Source: an uncultured delta proteobacterium (GTDB lineage: Bacteria > Desulfobacterota > RBG-13-43-22). From it: a DNA stretch of 64,000 nucleotides. Both the position numbers and the translations under genes were made by a program. The DNA is taken from contig CAWBOS010000010.1 in the NCBI GenBank assembly GCA_963790475.1, positions 1,152,001 to 1,216,000 on the forward strand, in the 5' to 3' direction. This document shows positions 17,765 to 25,384 of this stretch, piece after piece; the first letter of the stretch is position 1, and each line of letters begins with the position of its first letter. The notes beneath the pieces were generated by a model. That model was not told the origin of the DNA, made no database searches, and worked only from the letters and a program-made list of their open reading frames with translations.

Positions 17765-19996
17765 ATGAAGGAAAATGATAAAGCACTATCGGCCCTTCTG
17801 GCTGTTTTCCCGACTCCCGAGACTTTAGTTCAATTCTCCGAAAACATGGATAATAAAAAAGCCCTGGAGTCCTTTATGGACTTCGCGGTTAGAAACAATC
17901 TCATAAAAAAGAAGGACAGAAAAAGTCTGCTGAACCTTATTAGTCAGCATCGCCGGTCAACCCAAGATTTAACGCCGCCGAATAATCTTAATTTTGAAGA
18001 ATTGCTTGAAAAAAAGAAAGGGATCCTCAAATTGAATTTTTCAGGGAGAATATTGACGAACCGAGTCAATGCCCTGATTGCTGAACACCGGATAGAATTA
18101 CCCAGGGTGAGCAATTCCATGCTGAGCCGATTAAAAAAGGAGTCGACTGACACGGCCCATAAAGAGAATGTCTTAAGAAGCCTGGCCTTCTGGTTGGGTC
18201 ACGAACGAAAGGAACTGGGGCCCCTCTGGAATTTTGAAACCTTGGTTAAACTCTGCGGGGAAAGAAAACCGCAGGAAAATTTTCGGGAAGGGGTCCGAAT
18301 CGGGTTTGCCCTCTACAGCCAGGGTGATGTTATCGACCATGACATCATCAATTGGCTTCGAAAGGCCCTGAAAAATTACATCGAACAATCGGTAGGTCAC
18401 TTTCTCTATGGCCGGTGGGGCAAAGTTCGATCGCACGATATCACTACTTTATTTTTGGATTTTCCCAAGGAAGAGGAAGCTGAAGACCCGGCTTATTATC
18501 ACCAATGTCTTAGAAGCGCTGTTTCATTAGCCCATCAGATCGCCCTCCGCTGGGCCTTGTCTAAACACTGCACCAAAAACCGTTTTTTATCCATCGGGAT
18601 CGCCGCCGGCGAATATGCCAATCTGGATAATTACCTGCTCCCCACCTTAAAGGCCAAGCTGCCCGGTGATCCGGTGATTCGGGTTACCGACTATGTCCGG
18701 CAGTGCTTGCTGATCAACGATATCCGGGCCATACTCTGCGAACATCCCAATGAAATTACCCTGTTTACCGGAGAATCTCTGACCATTTGGTGGGTCGTAG
18801 CCCTCTGGAGTAACCTCTATTTTGATTTTGTTCCGGATTTACTGGAAGACCATATCTTAAAAAATACCCCGGCTTCTATTGAGGCCTTGACCCGGTTGCT
18901 CTGGTTGTCACCGGACGAGAGACCCAACTCTTCCGAAATCAATGAGCCGAATGCGGTTACAACTTTTTTTAAATTTCCTCACAATTCGCTCCTGGGGGTG
19001 GAAATTGCCAAAACCCTTTATTTTCGACGGCGTTTCCGGGAAGCGTTGGAGATTCTTCGTATCGTCCTTTCCATCGATCCGACCCATCTGGTCCCCAGGA
19101 CGCTGAGAATGGTTCTGTTCCACAATCTGGCCCTCGACGCGCCGTCTTATACGGCTGCAGAGCATTTATTTAATCAATCGGAACATGAAGCTTTTTTCGT
19201 CGAGGAAAAATGTACCAATCTATCCGAAGATTTTTATTGCGAATATGGGTTGTGTTACCAAACTAAAGCCATGTTGATGGTCCGACTCATGCGCCAAGGA
19301 GAGAAGCCCTTCCCGGACTTGCAAGATCTGGAACAATCAAGGGAGATCGTTTTTCTGGCCTTAAGTAAGGCGGAAAATCTTTTTGAAAAAGGAATGACCA
19401 TATCGCCATCCGGGATCCGATCCTCCTTCCTGTTGGGCAGTGCGAGACTGGTTAAATCGATTTTAAAGAATAACAAAGACCTCTTCATCAATCCCAAGCT
19501 ACCCATCGACAGCAAACCTGAAATAGTCAGGCAGACAGGTAGAGATCTTTATTTGCAACTAGGTCTTTTAAGGCATGAACTTCCGCCGCAACTCCAATAC
19601 GACTTCCTAATCCGATCCGTGTATGACAAATTTGAAATCCATGACAGTTCAATATCTTTACAAACCTATAGAGCCACCACTTATTTCCGTACCGCCGTAG
19701 TCCTGTGGGATTTTGTACCATTTATAAGGACTGCGGCCGTGGCCAAGAAGACTGTCCAATTGATAAATGATGCCAAAGAAATTGCCCAATCGATTGAAAA
19801 AAATGATCTCTCCATTTACTCGTTTAACCGAACCTTGATTGAAATGGTCCCGGTTAAGGAGTTTGTACGGCAGATGGAAAAATCGCTTGAAATGATCAAA
19901 GAGTATGTCGGACGAGATCTAACAATTCTGGATGACCAGGAAATTATCGAATCAAACGGGAGTCTTTCATCAATACTCATGACACTTAATTTTTGA
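17765..19996 (+). CDS. Hypothetical regulator: XRE-like HTH + degenerate class III cyclase-like domain + TPR/helical region (paralog 1)
   Basis: 743-aa ORF with AAGGAG RBS; close paralog at 25385; domain reading by eye (VSNSMLSRLKK, LSIGIAAGEY, ALEILRIVLSIDPTH). Confidence 0.65.
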   Translation: MKENDKALSALLAVFPTPETLVQFSENMDNKKALESFMDFAVRNNLIKKKDRKSLLNLISQHRRSTQDLTPPNNLNFEELLEKKKGILKLNFSGRILTNRVNALIAEHRIELPRVSNSMLSRLKKESTDTAHKENVLRSLAFWLGHERKELGPLWNFETLVKLCGERKPQENFREGVRIGFALYSQGDVIDHDIINWLRKALKNYIEQSVGHFLYGRWGKVRSHDITTLFLDFPKEEEAEDPAYYHQCLRSAVSLAHQIALRWALSKHCTKNRFLSIGIAAGEYANLDNYLLPTLKAKLPGDPVIRVTDYVRQCLLINDIRAILCEHPNEITLFTGESLTIWWVVALWSNLYFDFVPDLLEDHILKNTPASIEALTRLLWLSPDERPNSSEINEPNAVTTFFKFPHNSLLGVEIAKTLYFRRRFREALEILRIVLSIDPTHLVPRTLRMVLFHNLALDAPSYTAAEHLFNQSEHEAFFVEEKCTNLSEDFYCEYGLCYQTKAMLMVRLMRQGEKPFPDLQDLEQSREIVFLALSKAENLFEKGMTISPSGIRSSFLLGSARLVKSILKNNKDLFINPKLPIDSKPEIVRQTGRDLYLQLGLLRHELPPQLQYDFLIRSVYDKFEIHDSSISLQTYRATTYFRTAVVLWDFVPFIRTAAVAKKTVQLINDAKEIAQSIEKNDLSIYSFNRTLIEMVPVKEFVRQMEKSLEMIKEYVGRDLTILDDQEIIESNGSLSSILMTLNF

Positions 19997-20023
19997 CCTT
20001 GCAGGTTAAAGCCAGATTTATTT

Positions 20024-20065
20024 TGTTTCATTAAAATTGTGTTTTGCTATAAAAGATCATCTGTT
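20024..20065 (+). promoter_or_regulatory. Fourth, degenerate copy of the candidate operator/promoter motif
   Basis: TGTTTCAT-N17-ATAAAAGA-N5-TGTT directly upstream of a decayed paralog fragment. Confidence 0.5.
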
Positions 20066-20145
20066 TTCTCTCCTAAGAAAATGTCCTAAGGCTGACTTTC
20101 CAATTTCAACAAGGGTGTAGCGTAACCATATCGAAGATTATAAAA

Positions 20146-20266
20146 GTCCCTTATGGAATATTGAGACCTGGCGAAAGCTTGGTAAGGAAAGGAAGCCATC
20201 GGAAAATTACCGTGAAGGGGTTCGATCGGGTTTTTCCTTTGCGGCCGGAGGATTGTCATATAACCA
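20146..20266 (+). pseudogene. Remnant of a third copy of the 742-aa regulator family
   Basis: Translates as PLWNIETWRKLGKERKPSENYREGVR then a frameshift to IGFFLCGR; paralog 2 reads PLWNYETLRKLCGERKPSENYREGVRIGFALYGR. Confidence 0.85.
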
Positions 20267-20283
20267 GGCTTTAAATCAACGGC

Positions 20284-21225
20284 TCAGGGCAAGGCCTTTA
20301 TAATTTTTTCCGCATTCCCTCCCAAAAGGGCCTTGATTTCTTCTTGGGTGAAGGTAAGCCCATCGGGAGCGTTTTCCGGTAAGTCCTGGAAAATTTCCAG
20401 CCAGTGCGTGGTCGAGATGGTACCTTCCAGACTGGGATTATCGGTCCCCCAGAGGAATTTTTCGGCCGTGGCTTCATCGAAGGCCTCGCGCAAGATCCGG
20501 CAGAATTTGGCCAAATTTCTTCGGGCCTGGCCCTGCCAGCCGGAGACATCGGCATAAAAGCTCGTCTCTTTGGTCGCTATGAGGTTGACCAGCTCCGGCC
20601 ACCAGCAAAAACCCAGATGGGCTCCGACGACGGTGAGGTGAGGGAAATCGCTGATTACTGCGTCGAGGTTTGCCGGTTGGCCGTATTTACTCTTTAGGGG
20701 CCTGGAGATGGGACCCAAATGGCTGATCAGGGGAATACCCAGTTCCTGGGCTTTGGCCAAAACCCGGTAGGACTCCTCGCCATCCGGATAAAATCCCGAG
20801 GTGGGATGATACTTGAGGCCCCGGCAGCCGTAGTCATTCACCGCCCGGTCCAGGATATCAACGGCCCCTGGCCGCCGCGGATCGATTCCGGCGAAGGCCA
20901 CGATCCGGTCCGGAAAGGCCTTGGCTATCGAACCGTAGAAACGGTTGATCTCATCAATTGACATAGCCGCTTCACCGATTCCGTACCCCCAATCCAGGGC
21001 CAGAATAAAGGTCTTATCCACGCCGGCCTCATCCATCCTGGCGATGAGTTTCGAGCCGTCCGGGTCCATCCATCCGTCCATGATCATAGTCTTGGCCTGA
21101 AGGGAGGTGATTTCGCCGAGCTTATTCCTCCGGCAGTAGGCCACCACCAGGCCGGCCAATTCATCCCAGTAACGGTCCGGCAGGATATCCCAGGTCCAAA
21201 CATGACAATGAGCATCGATGATCAT
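20284..21225 (-). CDS. Amidohydrolase family protein (Amidohydro_2)
   Basis: IIDAHCH, GLKYHP, GAHLG and LWGTDNP motifs. Confidence 0.9.
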   Translation of the reverse strand: MIIDAHCHVWTWDILPDRYWDELAGLVVAYCRRNKLGEITSLQAKTMIMDGWMDPDGSKLIARMDEAGVDKTFILALDWGYGIGEAAMSIDEINRFYGSIAKAFPDRIVAFAGIDPRRPGAVDILDRAVNDYGCRGLKYHPTSGFYPDGEESYRVLAKAQELGIPLISHLGPISRPLKSKYGQPANLDAVISDFPHLTVVGAHLGFCWWPELVNLIATKETSFYADVSGWQGQARRNLAKFCRILREAFDEATAEKFLWGTDNPSLEGTISTTHWLEIFQDLPENAPDGLTFTQEEIKALLGGNAEKIIKALP

Positions 21226-21341
21226 GTCTTATTTCTTCGCTTTCCAAAACACTCCCAGGGAATAGGCCAATCCTGAGGGCAATCAGTCGTTGATCTTATT
21301 TTTATCCTTCAAGGGCTGGCTTGGGTAAAGAAGCGTTACCT

Positions 21342-22319
21342 CTATTTCCGAAGTATTCGGACGCCTGTACCGGCCAGCAGTATGGCCAGAAGAAGGATGA
21401 CACCCTGAATCATGGTCGTATAATAGCCCGGCACCATCATGATGATCAAGCCGTTTATGGCCACAACGACAATGATAACACCCACCAGAGTTCCCCAAAT
21501 ATGGAATTGGCCGATCCGTATGGTGGCCGCGCCGATAAAGCAGGCCCCGAAAGCATCCATCAGATAAGAAGTGCCCTGAGTGGCATTGGCCCCCAATACG
21601 GCCGAGGCGAGGACGATACCGCCGATGGCCGAGCAAAAACCGGACAGGACGAACCCCAGGAGACGGTTGAAGCGGACATCGATACCGGACATGCGGGAGG
21701 CTTCCGGATTGCCGCCGATGGCCTCCATGCGCCTTCCGGTGGTGGTAAAGCTGTGGAAGAGGGCCACCAGGGCCAGCAGGATGATCATCACAAAAAAGCG
21801 GACTGGAATGCCTAAAAAATCACCCCGGCCGATAATGCCGAAATCTTCGGGTAAATTCCAGATGGAAAGCCCCTTGGTAATGGCTAAGGACGTCCCCGTC
21901 AGGACGCTCATGGTAGCCAGGGTGCAGACAAAGGCCGGAAGCTCCAAATAAGCCACCAAAAGACCGTTAACCAAGCCGGCCGCAATTCCGACCAGCAGGC
22001 CGAAAACAATGGACAGGAAAATGCTGTAACCGGCCACCAACGCTAATGCGGTTACGATCCCGGCCATGGCCGCTATGGCCCCTATTGAAAGATCAAAGTC
22101 ACCCATTTTCAAAACGCAGGTCATGCCGGCGGAGAAAATTGAAAGGAGGGCCAACTGCCCCAGCACATTAACCAGGTTTTCCGGGGAGCGGAAGGGGGGC
22201 AGCAGAACGCTGAAGCACAAAACCATGAGCGCCAGGAAAATAAAGGTCCCGTATTTCCCGACGTAAGTAATCCATTTTATCCGCGCACTCGGTGCGCCGG
22301 TTGTTTTCGTCATGTTCAT
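21342..22319 (-). CDS. Ribose/sugar-type (CUT2) ABC permease
   Basis: DFDLSIGA, PAFVCTLA and GRRMEAIGGNPEASRMSGI motifs. Confidence 0.92.
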   Translation of the reverse strand: MNMTKTTGAPSARIKWITYVGKYGTFIFLALMVLCFSVLLPPFRSPENLVNVLGQLALLSIFSAGMTCVLKMGDFDLSIGAIAAMAGIVTALALVAGYSIFLSIVFGLLVGIAAGLVNGLLVAYLELPAFVCTLATMSVLTGTSLAITKGLSIWNLPEDFGIIGRGDFLGIPVRFFVMIILLALVALFHSFTTTGRRMEAIGGNPEASRMSGIDVRFNRLLGFVLSGFCSAIGGIVLASAVLGANATQGTSYLMDAFGACFIGAATIRIGQFHIWGTLVGVIIVVVAINGLIIMMVPGYYTTMIQGVILLLAILLAGTGVRILRK

Positions 22320-22381
22320 ACCTTTCTTCTATGTTTCCTTTTTTCTCAAAAAATTGGCCGAAGCTCCGCCCATAAGCCGGT

Positions 22382-23908
22382 TTAATTCCCCAGCAATAGA
22401 TCCATAACCTTTTGTAAGTCGGCCCGGCTGTTGTCCAGTTCGGCTTTGATTTCACCCTTTTCCAGGACCAACACTCTATGGGCCAAACCGACCACCTCGG
22501 TCAGGTCCGAGGAAATCAAAATAATCCCGGTTCCCCTGCGAGCCAGCTCGGTGATCAGTTCGTATAGGGCGAACTTGGCCCCTACGTCGATCCCCCGGGT
22601 CGGTTCATCGCAGATCAAGACCTTGGCCTCGCTGCAAAGCCATTTCGCTAAGATGACCTTCTGCTGGTTGCCGCCGCTTAAAAGGGATACGCTTTGGTCC
22701 AGACCGGAGGCTTTGATATTGGTCGACTCATAAAAAGGCCTGGCCGCCAGGCCTTCCTTGGCCCGGCTTATGACCGGGACCTTGGCCCAGCGCCGGAGCT
22801 TTTGCAGACTGGCCAGGGTAATGTTCTGCTTGACGTCCATGGGCAGGACCAGACCGTCCCGACGGCGTTCTTCCGGAACCAGGGCCACTTTTTGGCTAAT
22901 GGCCTCTTTAGGCGATTTAATTTCAACCGGCTTTCCTTCAATGAAGATCTCACCGGAGTCCTTCTGAAGTGCTCCGAAGATCAGACGGGCCAGAACCGAA
23001 CGGCCCGAGCCGACCAGTCCGGCCAGGCCTAAAATTTCTCCGGCATGGAGTTGAAAACTGACCTTCCGGACCGCCCACCCCCGACTCAGGTCCTTGACTT
23101 CCAAAAGGGTCTTTTCTTGAGGAGGATGCCGTTGGGGGAAGATGTCCCGCAGCTCCCGGCCCAACATCATCTGGTAGAGCTTGCCCGAATCCATCCCAGC
23201 CACATCGGCCGTATCTACTCTTCGAGCGTCGCGGATGACCGTAACCCGGTCGGCGATGCGGAACACCTCTTCCATCCGATGGGAGACGTAAACAATAGCC
23301 TTGCCGGTCGACTTGAGATCGGCGATGGAGTGAAAAAGCTCGTTGACCTCCTCATGGGTGAGCGATGAGGTAGGCTCATCCATGAAGATGATACGGGATT
23401 TTAAGGCCAAGGCCCGGTTAATGATGGTTTTCCATTGCTGGATGATGGTCAAGGCCGAGGCCGGCAAGCGCAGGTCGGCCCCGATAGGCAAAACATCCGG
23501 GATGGTTTGGACCATTTCCACCATCTTGGCCAGGTTGACCAACTTGAAGCGGTTAAGGGGATAACGGCCGAGGAAGATATTTTCCGCCACGGAGAGATGG
23601 GGCACGATATTAAGTTCCTGGTGGATAAAGGCCAGCCCCAGGTCCTGGCTGTCACTCGGGCTGTTGATCTCACAGGGCCGGCCATCGATAAGGATTTCCC
23701 CTTGATCTTCCTTATATAACCCGGCTATGACCTTGATTAAGGTTGATTTTCCGGCCCCGTTTTCCCCCACCAGGGCATGGACTTCACCAGGTCGAACATC
23801 GAAATCCACCTGATCCAGTGCCCGCTGTCCGGGAAAATCCTTGACAATGCCCCTGGCTTCCAGAATCGTTTCCTGACTCATTTTATTAATGGACATAATA
23901 GACTTCAC
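22382..23908 (-). CDS. Sugar-type ABC ATP-binding protein with two NBDs (RbsA-like)
   Basis: GENGAGKST, DEPT, LSGGNQQK and DEPTRGIDVGAK; exact start uncertain. Confidence 0.93.
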   Translation of the reverse strand: MKSIMSINKMSQETILEARGIVKDFPGQRALDQVDFDVRPGEVHALVGENGAGKSTLIKVIAGLYKEDQGEILIDGRPCEINSPSDSQDLGLAFIHQELNIVPHLSVAENIFLGRYPLNRFKLVNLAKMVEMVQTIPDVLPIGADLRLPASALTIIQQWKTIINRALALKSRIIFMDEPTSSLTHEEVNELFHSIADLKSTGKAIVYVSHRMEEVFRIADRVTVIRDARRVDTADVAGMDSGKLYQMMLGRELRDIFPQRHPPQEKTLLEVKDLSRGWAVRKVSFQLHAGEILGLAGLVGSGRSVLARLIFGALQKDSGEIFIEGKPVEIKSPKEAISQKVALVPEERRRDGLVLPMDVKQNITLASLQKLRRWAKVPVISRAKEGLAARPFYESTNIKASGLDQSVSLLSGGNQQKVILAKWLCSEAKVLICDEPTRGIDVGAKFALYELITELARRGTGIILISSDLTEVVGLAHRVLVLEKGEIKAELDNSRADLQKVMDLLLGN

Positions 23909-23920
23909 CTTTGAGAAACG

Positions 23921-23954
23921 TATCCTTCTCCCCGGAAAGCCGGGGAGAAGGATA
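23921..23954. terminator. 15-bp perfect hairpin after the binding-protein gene (mRNA stabiliser or partial terminator)
   Basis: tatccttctccccgg-aaag-ccggggagaaggata. Confidence 0.7.
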
Positions 23955-23961
23955 GGATGGT

Positions 23962-25002
23962 TTACTTTACTTTAAAATTTGGTTTGCCCTTATAACCGCA
24001 AGGGTTGTAATAATAGCCCGGCGGCGGCACATTGGCCTTGGTCACGAGGTCTGGCATGGAAAACCATACCTCCTCGTCCGTAAACGGCTTTCCGGCAAAG
24101 ATCTTGTCGAGATTCAGGAAAAGACGTTCGGTCCATCTGGGGGCATCCCAGTTGGCACCCGAGGTAGCATAAAGGTTAGGTTGCTCTCGGATCTCTTTGT
24201 AGGTGTTGGGGGCATCATCAGTGGTGGTGACGACGACATCACTTCGCCTCATATCCTTGGCCGCCCTGGCAGCCGGGATGCCGTAACCTTCCCAAGTAGT
24301 CCAAATTCCTTTTATCTCCTTCTTAGTGTCGGCCAGGAGGGCATTTTTAATGGCTTCATAACAGGCTTGTGAGGGATCTCCTCCCGTGCCGGTGTATTGT
24401 AGTTCCTGGGAAATTTTCAGTTTGTACGATTCAAAGACGACTTTGGCTACGTTGAATCGGAACATACCGGTGCTTACCCTGGGATCATAATAAACAAGGA
24501 CTTTATCCCCCGGACGAAGCTGGGAGACTAAAGCCAGGGAGCTCAAAGCCGCGAAGCCCGCTTCCGGGGCTATGCCGTGTGAAATTACCCCCGGGACCAT
24601 GGCTCCGCAGGCGATCCCCTGAACCGGGATCCCCTTTTTGTAGGCTTTCAGAATTTGCTGATCTTCATATTTGAAGTCCGTCCAGTTAATGATAATGCCG
24701 TCATAGCCGGCGGTAATCATGTTGTCCATGGTGGCCTGCGCTTTGGCAACATCTCCCTGAATATCAAAAATCTGCAGGTCCCAGCCCCGCTTTTTGGCAT
24801 ATTGCCGGTAATAATTGTTGGCCAGGGCCGAGACCTCGATTCCACCAATCAAATCCAGGACGCCGATTTTTATCTTTTTCTTCCCCTTGGGTTGAATCTG
24901 AAAAACCCCGGCCTGGGCGGATCCGAGGGTTGTGGCCAGGAATATCACGGCCACCAAAAGCATGAGCACGACTTGCATCCTTTTCATCATGTTTTTTCCC
25001 AT
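23962..25002 (-). CDS. Sugar-type ABC substrate-binding protein (Peripla_BP_4-like)
   Basis: Signal peptide; D.QGDVAKAQATMDNMITAGYDGIII and KKGIPV pattern; operon context. Confidence 0.82.
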   Translation of the reverse strand: MGKNMMKRMQVVLMLLVAVIFLATTLGSAQAGVFQIQPKGKKKIKIGVLDLIGGIEVSALANNYYRQYAKKRGWDLQIFDIQGDVAKAQATMDNMITAGYDGIIINWTDFKYEDQQILKAYKKGIPVQGIACGAMVPGVISHGIAPEAGFAALSSLALVSQLRPGDKVLVYYDPRVSTGMFRFNVAKVVFESYKLKISQELQYTGTGGDPSQACYEAIKNALLADTKKEIKGIWTTWEGYGIPAARAAKDMRRSDVVVTTTDDAPNTYKEIREQPNLYATSGANWDAPRWTERLFLNLDKIFAGKPFTDEEVWFSMPDLVTKANVPPPGYYYNPCGYKGKPNFKVK

Positions 25003-25245
25003 GTTACTCTCTCCTTTTATCGATGTTGGTTTAAAAAAAAATGGTTTGCAGACGTCGACCCGGGTTAGGTGGTTCCCTGTGGCCGATGAGAACTATTAAA
25101 CAATCGCCTCCTTTCCTTTGGTAACAAACATTCCACTTCAGCCCCTCCTTAAGGGTAACAATCATTAACTTGGGGGGTTTTATGAAAAAAGGGCCGGATC
25201 AAATTGCCATAGGGTCTTTTCTTGACAAACGAAGGTTTTTATGAC

Positions 25246-25328
25246 TCTATATTCTTTGTTAAAACAACTGTCAACTTTTTAAATTGTTTTATTAAAAATA
25301 TCATTTTATCATGAAACATTCTATTGTT
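25246..25328 (-). promoter_or_regulatory. Sigma70 promoter (TTGACA-17-TATAGA) plus TGTTTTAT-N18-ATGAAACA-N6-TGTT candidate operator
   Basis: -35 at 25274-25269, -10 at 25251-25246; motif boxes at 25285, 25311 and 25325. Confidence 0.7.
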
Positions 25329-25384
25329 TTTTCATTCCCCAATCCCCACTTTGATAAAATATATTGTAAAAAAGGAATAACTGC

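Noticed and set aside
17765-19996. Active adenylate/guanylate cyclase or anti-phage effector
   Set aside because: Catalytic Asp and NxxxR residues are not evident and the context is metabolic, not a defence island; a regulator is the preferred reading, though unproven
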